This document shows, one piece after another, positions 48,801-63,309 of a DNA stretch of 64,000 nt. Location: NCBI RefSeq assembly GCF_009914755.1, contig NC_060928.1; one strand, given 5' to 3'. Below the pieces are notes generated by a model. The model saw only the letters and a list, made by a program, of their open reading frames with translations. It was not told where the DNA came from and made no database searches. The position numbers and the translations under genes are program-made. Each line of letters opens with the position of its first letter. The stretch's first letter is position 1. The stretch is from the human T2T-CHM13v2.0 reference genome, Homo sapiens.

Positions 48801-51261
48801 GTAAAGTATGTAATACATACTTTGGGTACTTTGATATTTTATGTACAGTATGTAATACACGCTTTGGGTACTTTGATATTTTATGTAGAGTATGTAAAAC
48901 ATACTTTGGGTAGTTTGGTATTTTATGATCAGTATATAATACATATTTTGGGTACTTTGATATTTTATGTACAGTATATAATACCTACTTTGGGTACTTT
49001 GATATTTTATGTACAGTATATAATGCATAATTTGGGTACTTCAATAGTATATGCACAGTATATAATACATACTTTGGGTAATTTGATATTTTATGTACAG
49101 TATATAATGCATACTTTGGGTACTTTGATAGTTTATGTACAGTATACAATACATACTTTAGGTACTTTGATATTTTATGTACAGTATATAATATGTAGTT
49201 TGGGTACTTTGATATTTTAACTACAGTATATAATACATACTTTGGGTACTTTGATATTTTATCTACAGTATATAATAGATACTTTGGGTACTTTGATATA
49301 TTATGTACAGTATATAATACATAGTTTGGTTACTTTGATATTTTTTGTACAGTATGTAAAACATACTTTGGGGAGTTTGATATTTTATGAACAGTATATA
49401 ATACACATTTTGGGTACTTTGATATTTTATGTACGGTATATAATACATACTTTGGGTATTTTGATATTTTATGTGCAGTATATAATTCATAATTTGGGTA
49501 CTTTGATATTTTATGTACAGTATATAATACATACTTTGGGTACTTTGATATTTTATGAACAGTATATAATACATACTTTGGGTACTTTGATATTTTATGT
49601 ACTGTATATAATACATACTTTGGGTACTTTTATATTTTATGTACAGTATATAATATATAGTTTGGGTACTTTGATATTTTATGTACGGTATATAATACAT
49701 ACTTTGGGTACTTTGATATTTTATGTATAGTATATAATATATACTAAGCGCACTTTGATATTTTATGTACAGTATATAATACATACTTTGGTTACTCTGA
49801 TATTTTATGTACAGTGTATAATACATACTTTGGGTACTTTGATATTTTATGTATAGTATATAGTTTGAGTACTTTGATATTTTATGTACAGTTTTTTATA
49901 AATATTTGGGTGCTTTCATATTTTATGTACAGTATATAATACATACTAAGCGCACTTTGATATTTTATGTACAGTATACAATACATACTTTGGTTACTCT
50001 GATATTTTATGTACAGTGTATAATACATACTTTGGGTACTTTGATATTTTATGTACAATATATAATACATACGTTGGGAACTTTGATATATTATGTACAT
50101 TATATAATTCATACTTTGGGTACTTTGATATTTTATGTACAGTATATAATACATAGTTTGTGTACTTTGATATTTTATGTACAGTATATAATACATACTT
50201 TGGGTACTTTGATATTTTATATACAGTATATAATACATACTTTGGGTACTTTCATATTTTATGTACAGTATATAATATATAGTTTGGGTACTTTGATATT
50301 TTATCTACATCTTATAATACATACTTTGGGTACTTTGATATTTTATGTACAGTATATAATACATACTTTGGGTAGTTTGATATTTTATGTACAGTATACA
50401 ATATATAGTTTGAGTACTTTGATATTTTATGTGCAGTATAAAATATATAGTTTTGGTACTTTGATATTTTATGTACAGTTTATAGTTTGAGTAGTTTGAT
50501 ATTTTATGTACAGTTTATTATAAATGTTTGGGTACTTTCATATTTGATGTACAGTATTTAATACATAATTTGGGCACTTTGATATTTTATGTACAGTATA
50601 TAATACATACTTTGGGTACTTTTCTATTTTATGCACAGTATATAATACATACTTTGTTTACTTTGATATTTAATGTACAGTATATAATACACAGTTTGCG
50701 TACTTTGATATTTTATGTAAAGCATGTAATACATAATTTGGGCAGTTTGATATTTTATGTACAGTATGTAATACACACTTTGGGTACTTTGATATTTTAT
50801 GTACAGTATGTAAAACATACTTTGGGTAGTTTGATATATTATGTACAGTATATAATGCATACTTTGGGTACTCTGATATTTTATGTACAGTGTATAATAC
50901 GTACTTTGGGTACTTTGATATTTTATGTACAGTATATAATACATACATTGGGTACTTTGATATATTATGTACAGTATATAATACTTGGGGTACTTTGATA
51001 TTTTATGTACAGTATATAATACATACTTTGTGTACTTTGATATTTTATGTACAGTATATAATACATACTTTGGGTACTTTGATATTTTATATACAGTATA
51101 TAATACATACTTTGGGTATCTTGATATTTTATGTACAGCATATAATGCATACTTTGGGTACTTTGATATTTTATGTACAGTATATAATGCATACTTTGAG
51201 TACTTTGATATTTTATGTACAGTATGTAATACATACTTTGGGTACTTTGATATTTTATGTA
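39817..51261 (+). repeat. 5704-bp near-perfect tandem duplication (~39817-45561 and ~45521-51261)
   Basis: Constant offset of 5704 for ORFs 40254/45958, 40708/46412, 41223/46927, 42033/47737, 42446/48150, 43538/49242, 44202/49906 and 44824/50528. The offset drops to 5700 after a 4-bp deletion near 50983 (ATACTTACTTGGGG to ATACTTGGGG). Confidence 0.94.
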
Positions 51262-54200
51262 TAGTATATAATACATACTTTGTGTAGTTTGATATTTTAT
51301 GTACAGTATACAATATATAGTTTGAGTACTTTGATATTTTATGTCCAGTATAAAATGTATAGTTTTCCTAATTGATATTTTATGTACAGAATATAGTTTG
51401 AGTACTTTGATATTTTATGTACACTTTATTATAAATGTTTGGGTACTTTCATATTTTATGTACAGTATATAATACATACTTTGGTCTCTTTGATGTTTTA
51501 TGTACAGTATATAATACATACTTTGGGTTCTTTGATATTTTATGTGCAGAATATAATGCATAGTTTTAGGTACTTTTATATTTTATGTACAGTATATAAT
51601 ACATACTTTGGGTACTTTGATATTTTATGTACAGTATATAATACATACTTTGGGAACTTTGATATTTTATGTACAGTATGTAATACATACTTTGGGTACT
51701 TTGATATTTTATGTACAGTATACAATATATAGTTTGAGTACTTTGATATTTTATGTCCAGTATAAAATACATAGATTTCATACTTTGATATTTTATGTAC
51801 AGAATATAGTTTGAGTACTTTGATATTTTATGTACACTTTATCATAAAAGTTTGGGTACTTTCATATTTTACGTACAGTATATAATACATACTTTGGGCA
51901 CTTTGATGTTTTATGTACAGTATATAATACATACTTTGGGTTCTTTGATATGTTATGTACAGCATATAATACATAATTTGGGGACTTTTATATTTTCTGT
52001 ACAGTATATAATACATACTTTGGGTACTTTGATATTTTATGTACGGTATATAATACATACATTGGGTACTTTGATATTTTATGTACAGTATATAATATAT
52101 AGTTTGGTTACTTTGATATTTTATATACAGTATATAATATATATTATGTGTACTTTGATATATTATGTACAGTATATAATATATAGTATGGGTTGTTTGA
52201 TATTTTATGTACAGTATATAATATATAGTTTGGGTAGTTTGATATTTTTAGTACAGTATGTAATATATAGTTTGTTTTATTTGATATTTTATGTACAGTA
52301 TACAATATATAGTATTGGTACTTTGATATTTCATGTAAAGTATATAGTTTGAGTACTTTGATATTTTATATGCAGTTTATTATAAATGTTTGGGTACCTT
52401 CATATTTTATGTACAGTATATAATACATACTTTGGGAACTTTTATTTTATGTGCAGTATATAATACATACTTTGGGTACTTTGATATTTCATGTACAGTA
52501 TATAATACACACTTTGGGTACTTTGATATTTTATGTACAGTATATAATACACACTTTGGGTACTTTGATATTTTATGTACAGTATATAATACATACTTTG
52601 GGTACTTTGATGTATTATGTACAGTATATAATACATACTTTGGGTACTTTGATATTTTATGTACAGTATATAATACATACTTTGGGTACTTTGATATTTT
52701 ATGTACAGTATGTAATACACACTTTGGGTACTTTGATATTTTATGTACAGTATGTAAAACATACTTTGGGTAGTTTGATATATTATGTACAGTATATAAT
52801 ACATACTTTGGGTACTCTGATATTTTATGTACAGTGTATAATACATACTTTGGGTACTTTGATATTTTATGTACAGTATATAATACATACATTGGGTACT
52901 TTGATATATTATGTACAGTATATAATACTTACTTGGGGTATCTTGATATTTTATGTACAGTATATAATGCATACTTTGGGTACTTTGATATTTTATGTAC
53001 AGTATATAATGCATACTTTGAGTACTTTGATATTTTATGTACAGTATGTAATACATACTTTGGGTACTTTGATATTTTATGTATAGTATATAATACATAC
53101 TTTGTGTAGTTTGATATTTTATGTACAGTATACAATATATAGTTTGAGTACTTTGATATTTTATGTCCAGTATAAAATATATAGTTTTCCTAATTGATAT
53201 TTTATGTACAGAATATAGTTTGAGTACTTTGATATTTTATGTACACTTTATTATAAATGTTTGGGTACTTTCATATTTTATGTACAGTATATAATACATA
53301 CTTTGGTCTCTTTGATGTTTTATGTACAGTATATAATACATACTTTGGGTTCTTTGATATTTTATGTGCAGAATATAATGCATAGTTTTAGGTCCTTTTA
53401 TATTTTATGTACAGTATATAATACATACTTTGGGTACTTTGATATTTTATGTACAGTATATAATATATACTTTGGGTACTTTGATATTTTATGTACAGTA
53501 TATAATACATATTATTGGTACTTTGATATTTTATGTACAGTATACAATATATAGTTTGAGTACTTTGATATTTTATGTCCAGTATAAAATACATAGATTT
53601 CATACTTTGATATTTTATGTACAGAATATAGTTTGAGTACTTTGATATTTTATGTACACTTTATCATAAAAGTTTGGGTACTTTCATATTTTACGTACAG
53701 TATATAATACATACTTTGGGCACTTTGATGTTTTATGTACAGTATATAATACATACTTTGGGTTCTTTGATATGTTATGTACAGCATATAGTACATAATT
53801 TGGGGACTTTTATATTTTATGTACATTATATAATACATACTTTGGGTACTTTTATATTTTATGTACGGTATATAATACATACTTTGGGTACTTTGATATA
53901 TTATGTACAGTATATAATACATACTTTGGGTACTTTGATATATTATGTACAGTATATAATACATACTTAGGGTACTTTGACATTTTATGTACAGTACATA
54001 ATACATACTTTGGGTACTTTGATATTTTATGTACAGTATATAATACATACTTTGGGTACTTTGATATTTTATGTACAGTATATAATACATGTTTTGGGTA
54101 CTTTTACATTTTATGTACAGTATATAATATATAGTTTGGGTACTTTGATATTTTATGTACGGTATATAATACATACTTTGGGTACTTTGATATTTTATGT

Positions 54201-54449
54201 ACAGTATATAATACATACTTTGGGTACTTTGATATTTAATGTACAGTATATAATACACACTTTGCGTACTTTGATATTTTATGTAAAGTATGTAATACAT
54301 ACTTTGGGTACTTTGATATTTTATGTACAGTATGTAATACACGCTTTGGGTACTTTGATATTTTATGTAGAGTATGTAAAACATACTTTGGGTAGTTTGT
54401 TATTTTATGATCAGTATATAATACATATTTTGGGTACTTTGATATTTTA

Positions 54450-57400
54450 TGTACAGTATATAATACATACTTTGGGTACTTTGATATTTTATGTACAGTA
54501 TATAATGCATAATTTGGGTACTTCAATAGTTTATGCACAGTATATAATACATACTTTGGGTAATTTGATATTTTATGTACAGTATATAATGCATACTTTG
54601 GGTACTTTGATAGTTTATGTACAGTATACAATACATACTTTGGGTACTTTGATATTTTATGTACAGTATATAATATGTAGTTTGGGTACTTTGATATTTT
54701 AACTACAGTATATAATACATACTTTGGGTACTTTGATATTTTATCTACAGTATATAATAGATACTTTGGGTACTTTGATATATTATGTACAGTATATAAT
54801 ACATAGTTTGGTTACTTTGATATTTTTTGTACAGTATGTAAAACATACGTTGGGGAGTTTGATATTTTATGAACAGTATATAATACACATTTTGGGTACT
54901 TTGATATTTTATGTACGGTATATAATACATACTTTGGGTACTTTGATATTTTATGTACGGTATATAGTTCATACTTTGGGTACTTTGATATTTTATGTAC
55001 AGTATATAATACATACATTGGGTACTTCGATATTTTATGTGCAGTACCCTATATATAGTTTGGGTACTTTGATATTTTATGTCCAGTATAAAATAAATAG
55101 TTTTGGTACTTTGATATTTTATGTACAGTATATAGTTTGAGTACTTTGATATTTAATGTTCAGTTTATTATAAATGTTTGGGTGCCTTCAGATTTTATAT
55201 ACAGTATATAATACATACTTTGGTTACTTTGATATTTTCTGTACAGTATATAATACATACTTTGTGTACTTTGATATTTTATGTACGGTATATAATACAT
55301 ACATTGGGTACTTTGATATTTTATGTAAAGTATATAATATATAGTTTGGTTACTTTGATATTTTATATACAGTATATAATATATATTATGTGTATTTTGA
55401 TATATTATGTACAGTATATAATATATAGTATGGGTTGTTTGATATTTTATGTACAGTATATAATATATAGTTTGGGTAGTTTGATATTTTTAGTACAGTA
55501 TGTAATATATAGTTTGTTTTATTTGATATTTTATGTACAGTATACAATATATAGTATTGGTACTTTGATATTTCATGTAAAGTATATAGTTTGAGTACTT
55601 TGATATTTTATATGCAGTTTATTATAAATGTTTGGGTACCTTCATATTTTATGTACAGTATATAATACATACTTTGGGAACTTTTATTTTATGTGCAGTA
55701 TATAATACATACTTTGGGTACTTTGATATTTCATGTACAGTATATAATACACACTTTGGGTACTTTGATATTTTATGTACAGTATATAATACACACTTTG
55801 GGTAGTTTGATATTTTATGTACAGTATATAATACATACTTTGGGTACTTTGATGTATTATGTACAGTATATAATACATACTTTGGGTACTTTGATATTTT
55901 ATGTACAGTATATAATACATACTTTGGGTACTTTGATATTTTATGTACAGTATGTAATACATAATTTGGGTACTTTAATATTTTATGTATAGTATATAAT
56001 ACTTACTTTGGGTACTTTGATATTTTATGGACAGTGTATAATACATACTTTGGGTTCTTTGATATTTTATGTACAGTATATAACATATAGTTTGCGTACT
56101 TTGATATTTTATATACAGTATATAATACATACTTTGGGTACTTTGATATTTTATGTACAGTATATAATGCATAATTTGGGTACTTCAATAATTTATGCAC
56201 AGTATATAATACATACTTTGGGTAATTTGATATTTTATGTACAGTATATAATGCATACTTTGGGTACTTTGATAGTTTATGTACAGTATACAATACATAC
56301 TTTGTGTACTTTGATATTTTATGTACAGTATATAATATGTAGTTTGGGTACTTTGATATTTTAACTACAGTATATAATACATACTTTGGGTACTTGGATA
56401 TTTTATCTACAGTATATAATAGATACTTTGGGTACTTTGATATATTATGTACAGTATATAATACATAGTTTGGTTACTTTGATATTTTTTGTACAGTATG
56501 TAAAACATACTTTGGGGAGTTTGATATTTTATGAACAGTATATAATACACATTTTGGGTACTTTGATATTTTATGTACGGTATATAATACATACTTTGGG
56601 TACTTTGATATTTTATGTACAGTATATAGTTCATACTTTGGGTACTTTGATATTTTATGTACAGTATATAATACATACATTGGGTACTTCGATATTTTAT
56701 GTGCAGTACCCTATATATAGTTTGGGTACTTTGATATTTTATGTCCAGTATAAAATAAATAGTTTTGGTACTTTGATATTTTATGTACAGTATATAGTTT
56801 GAGTACTTTGATATTTAATGTTCAGTTTATTATAAATGTTTGGGTGCTTTCATATTTTATATACAGTATATAATACATACTTTGGGCACTTTGATATTTT
56901 CTGTACAGTATATAATACATACTTTGTGTACTTTGATATTTTATGTACGGTATATAATACATACATTGGGTACTTTGATATTTTATGTAAAGTATATAAT
57001 ATATAGTTTGGTTACTTTGATATTTTATATACAGTATATAATATATATTATGTGTACTTTGATATATTATGTACAGTATATAATATATAGTATGGGTTGT
57101 TTGATATTTTAAGTACAGTATGTAATATATAGTTTGTGTTATTTGATATTTTATGTAATGTATACAATATATAGTACTGGTACTTTGATATTTCATGTAA
57201 AGTATATAGTTTGAGTACTTTGATATTTTATATGCAGTTTATTATAAATGTTTGTGTACCTTCATATTTTATGTACAGTATATAATACATACTTTGGGAA
57301 CTTTTATTTTATGTGCAGTATATAATACATACTTTGGGTACTTTGATATTTCATGTACAGTATATAATACACACTTTGGGTACTTTGATATTTTATGTAC

Positions 57401-57785
57401 AGTATATAATACACACTTTGGGTAGTTTGATATTTTATGCACAGTATATAATACATACTTTGGGTACTTTGATGTATTATGTACAGTATATAATACATAC
57501 TTTGGGTACTTTGATATTTTATGTACAGTATATAATACATACTTTGGGTACTTTGATATTTTATGTACAGTATGTAATACATAATTTGGGTACTTTAATA
57601 TTTTATGTATAGTATATAATACTTACTTTGGGTACTTTGATATTTTATGGACAGTGTATAATACATACTTTGGGTTCTTTGATATTTTATGTACAGTATA
57701 TAACATATAGTTTGGGTACTTTGATATTTTATATACAGTATATAATACATACTTTGGGTACTTTGATATTTTATGTACAGTATAT
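54450..57785 (+). repeat. ~1.66-kb tandem duplication (~54450-56165 and ~56115-57785), with the second copy one monomer shorter
   Basis: Offsets of 1662 (54724/56386, 55178/56840) then 1620 (55693/57313, 56008/57628). Shared variants include TATAGTTCATAC, GTAAAGTATATAATATATAG and TTATGGACAGTGTA. Confidence 0.85.
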
Positions 57786-57928
57786 AATACATACTTTGGG
57801 TACTTTGATATTTCATGCACAGTATACAATATATAGTTTGAGTACTTTGATATTTTATGTACTGTATAAAATATATAGTTTTCGTACTTTGATATTTTAT
57901 GTACAGTATATAGTTTGAGTACTTTGAT

Positions 57929-59560
57929 ATTTTATGTACAGTTTGTTATAAATGTTTGGGTGCTTTCATATTTTATGTACAGTATAGAATACATACTTTG
58001 GGCACTTTGATATCTTATGTACAGTATATAATATATACTTTGGGTTCTCTGATATTTTCTGTACAGTGTATAATACATAATTTGGGTACTTTGATATTTT
58101 ATGTACAGCATATAATACATACGTTGGGTACTTTGATATATTATGTACAGTATATAATACATACTTTGGGTACTTTGATATTTTATGTACAGTATATAAT
58201 CCATAGTTTGTGTACTTTTATATTTTATGTACAGTATATAATACATACTTTGGGTACTTTGATATTTTATGTACAGTATATAATACATACTTTGGGTACT
58301 TTCATGTTTTATGTACAGTATATAATATATAGTTTGGGTACTTTGATATTTTATCTACAGCTTATAATACTTACTTTGGGTAACTTGATATTTTATGTAC
58401 AGTATATAATACATACTTTGGGTAGTTTGATATTTTATGTACAGTATACAATATATAGTTTGAGTACTTTGATATTTTATGTGCAGTATAAAATATATAG
58501 TGTTGGTATTTTGATGTTTTATGTACAGTATATATTTTGAGTACTTTGATATTTTGTGTACAGTTTATTATAAATGTTTGGGTACTTTCATATTTGATGT
58601 ACAGTATATAATACATAATTTGGGCACTTTGATATTTTATGTACAGTATATAATACATACTTTGGGTACTTTTATATTTTATGTACAGTATATAATACAT
58701 ACTCTGGGCACTTTGATATTTAATGTACAGTATATAATACACACTTTGCGTACTTTGATATTTTATGTAACGTATGTAATACATACTTTGGGTAGTTTGA
58801 TATTTTATGTACAGTATGTAGTACACACTTTGGGTACTTTGATATTTTATGTACAGTATGTAAAACATACTTTGGGTAGTTTGATATTTTATGATCAGTA
58901 TATAATAAACATTTTGGGTACCTTGATATTTTATGTACAGTATATAATACATACTTTGGGTACTTTGATATTTTATGTACAGTATATAATGCATACTTTA
59001 GGTACTTTGATAGTTTTTGTACAGTATATAATACATACTTTGGGTACTTTGATATTTTATGTACAGTATATAATACATAGTTTGGGTACTTTGATATTTT
59101 ATGTACAGTATATAATACATACTTTGGGTACTTTGATATTTTATCTACAGTGTATAATATATACTTTGGGTACTTTGATATATTATGTACAGTATATAAT
59201 ACATACTTTGGGTACTTTGATATTTTATGTACAGTATATAATACATACTTTGGGTACTTTGATATTTTATGTACAGTATATAATACATACTTTCGGTACT
59301 TTGATATTTTATGTACAGTATATAATATATAGTTTGGGTACTTTGATATTTTATGTACAGTATATAATACATACTTTGTGTACTTTGATATTTTATGTAC
59401 AGTATATAATACATACTTTGGGTACTTTGATATTTTATGTACAGTATATAATATATAGTTTGGGTACTTTGATAATTTATGTACAGTGTATAACACATAC
59501 TTTGGGTACTTTGATATTTTATGTACAGTATATAATACATACTTTGGGTACTTTGATATT
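57929..59560 (+). repeat. Distant, more diverged paralogue of positions ~1-1630
   Basis: ORFs 4/57932, 28/57956, 443/58371, 593/58521 and 792/58720 all sit at offset 57928. Rare variants are shared (GGTTCTCTGATATTTTCTG, ACTCTGGGC, GTAACGTATG, GGTACCTTG, CTTTAGGTA). Mismatches are visibly more frequent than in the central duplications. Confidence 0.85.
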
Positions 59561-62500
59561 TTATATATAGTATATAATACATACTTTGGGTATTTTCATA
59601 TTTCATGTACAGTTTATAATATATAGTTTGGGTACTTTGGTATATTATGTACTGTATATAATACCTACTTTGGGTACTTTGATATTTTATGTACAGTATA
59701 TAATACATACTTTGGGTACTTTGATATTTTATGTACAGTATACAATATATACTTTGACTACTTTGATATTTTATGTCCAGTATAGAATATATAGTTTTGG
59801 TAGTTTGATATTTTATGTACAGTATATAGTTTGAGTACATTGATATTTTATGTACACTTTATTATAAATGTTTGGATACTTTCATATTTTATGTACAGTA
59901 TTTAATACATACTTTGGGCACTTTGATATTTTATGTACAGTATACAATACATACTTTGGGTACTTTGATATTTTATTTACAGTATATAATACATAATTTG
60001 GGTACTTTGATATTTTATTTACAGTATATAATGCATACTTTGGGTACTTTGATGTTTTATGTACAGTATATAATACATACTTAGGGTACTTTGACATTTT
60101 ATGTGCAGTACATAATACATACTTTGGATACTTTGTTATTTTAAATACAGTATGTAATACATATTTTGGGTACTTTGATATTTTATGTACAGTATATAAT
60201 ACATACTTTGGTACTTTTATATTTCATGTACAGCATATAATATATAGTTTGAGTACTTTGATATTTTATGTACAGTATATAATACATAGTTTGGGTATTT
60301 TGATATTTTATGTACAGTATATAATACATACTTTGGGTACTTTGATATTTTATGTACAGTATATAATATATAGTTTGGGTACTTTGATAATTTATGTGCA
60401 GTATATAACACATACTTTCGGTAGTTGGATATTTTATGTACAGTATATAATACATACTTTGGGTACTTCGATATTTGATGTACAGTATACTATATATAGT
60501 TTGGGTACTTTGATATTTTATGTCGGGTACAAAATAAATATTTTTGGTACTTAGATATTTTATGTACAGTATATTGTTTGAGTACTTTCATATTTTATGT
60601 ATAGTTTATTATTAATGGGTGCTTTCATATTTTATGTACAGTATATAATACATACTATGGGCACTTTGATATTTTATGTACAGTATATAATACATAATTT
60701 GGGTACTTTGATATTTTATATACACTACATAATACATACTTTGGGTACTTTGATATTTTATGTACAGTACATAATATATAGTTTGGGTACTTTGATATTG
60801 TATGTGCAGTATATAACACATACTTTCGGTACTTGGATATTTTATGTACAGTATATAATACATAATTTGGGTACTTCCATATTTTATGTACAGTATGCTA
60901 TATATACTTTGGGTACTTTGATATTTTATGTCCAGTATAAAATAAAAAGTTTTGGTAATTCGATATTTTATGTACAGTGTATCATTTGAGTACTTTGATA
61001 TTTAATGTACAGTTTATTATAAATGTTCAGGTGCTTTCATATTTTATGTACATTATATAATACATACTTTGAGCACTTTGATATTTTATGTACAGTATAT
61101 AATACATACTTTGGGTAATTTGATATTTTATGTACAGTATATAATACATACATTGGGTACTTTGATATTTTATGTACAGTATATAATATATAGTTAGGGT
61201 ACTTTGATATTTTATATACAGTATATAATATATATTATGTGTACTTTGATATATTATGTACAGTATATAATATATAGTTTGGGTAATTTGATATTTTATG
61301 TACAGTATACAATATATACTATTGGTACTTTGATATTTCATGTAAAGTATATAGTTTGAGTACTTTGATATTTTATATACAGTTTATTATAAATGTTTAG
61401 GTACCTTCCTATTTTATGTAGAGTATATAATACATACTTTGGGAACTTTTATTTTATGTGCAGTATATAATACATACTTTGGGTACTTTGATATTTTATG
61501 TACAGTATATAATACATACTATTGGTACTTTGATATTTTATGTACAGTATACAATATATAGTTTGAGTACTTTGATATTTTATGTCCAGTATAAAATATA
61601 TAGATTTCATACTTTGATATTTTGAGTACTGAATGTAGTTTGAGTACTTTGATATTTTATGTACACTTTATTATAAAAGTTTGGGTACTTTCATATTTTA
61701 CGTACAGTATATAATACATACTTTGGGCACTTTGATGTTTTATGTGCAGTATATAATACATACAAAGGGCACTTTGATATTTTATGTACAGTATATAATA
61801 CATACTTTGGGTACTCTGATATTTTATGTACAGTGTATAATACATACTTTGGGTTCTTTGATATTTTATGTACAATATATAATACATACGTTGAGAACTT
61901 TGATATATTATGTACAGTATATAATACATACTTTGGGTACTTTGATATTTTATCTACAGTATACAACACATAGTTTGTGTACTTTGATATTTTAGGTACA
62001 GTATATAATACATACTTTGGGTACTTTGATATTTTATGTACAGTATATAATACATACATTGGGTAATTTCATATTTTATGTACAGTATATAATATATAGT
62101 TTGGTTACTTTGATATTTTATCTACAGCTTATAATACATACTTTGGATACTTTGATACTTTATGTACAGTATATAATACATAATTTGGGTACTTTGTTTT
62201 TTTATGTACAGTATACAATATATAGTTTGAGTACTTTGATATTTTATGTGCAGTATAAAATATATAGTTTTGGTACTTTCATATTTTATGTACAGTATAT
62301 AGTTTGAGTACTTTGATATTTTATGTACAGTTTTTTATAAATGTTTGGGTGCTTTCATATTTTATGTACAGTATATAATACATACTAAGGGCACTTTGAT
62401 ATTTTATGTACAGTATATAATACATACCTTGGGTACTTTGATATTTTATGTACAGTATATAATACATAGTTTGGGTATTTTGATACTTTATGTACAGTAT

Positions 62501-63309
62501 ATAATACATACTTTGGGTACTTTGATATTTTATGTACAGTATATAATACATACTTTGGGAACTTTGATATTTTATGTACAGTATGTAGAACATACTTTGG
62601 GTACTTTGATATTTTATGTACAGGATATAATGCATACTTTGGGTACTTTGATAGTTTATGTACAGTATATAATACATACTTTGGGTACTTTGATATTTTA
62701 TGTATAGTATAAAATATATAGTTTGGGGACTTTGATATTTTATGTACAGTATGTAAAACATACTTTGGGGAGTTTGATATTTTATGTACAGTATGTAAAA
62801 CATACTTTGGGGAGTTTGATATTTTATGAACAGTATATAATACACATTTTGTGTACTTTGATATTTTATGTAAAGTATATAATACATACTTTGGGTACTT
62901 TGATATTTTATGTACAGTATATATTACATACTTTGGGTACTTTGATATTTTATGTACAGTATACAATATATAGTTTGAGTACTTTGATATTTTATGTACT
63001 GTATAAAATATATAGTTTTGGTACTTTGATATTTTATGTACAGTATATAGTTTGAGTACTTTGATATTTTATGTACAGTTTGTTATAAATATTTTGGTGC
63101 TTTCATATCTTATGTACTGTATATAATACATGCTTTGGGCACTTTGATATTTTATGTACAGTATATAATACATACTTTGGGTACTCTGGTATTTTATGTA
63201 CAGTGTATAATACATACTTTGGGTACTTTGATATTTTATGTACAGTATATAATACTTACATTGGGTACTTTGATATTTTATATACAGTATATAATACATA
63301 CTTTGTGTA

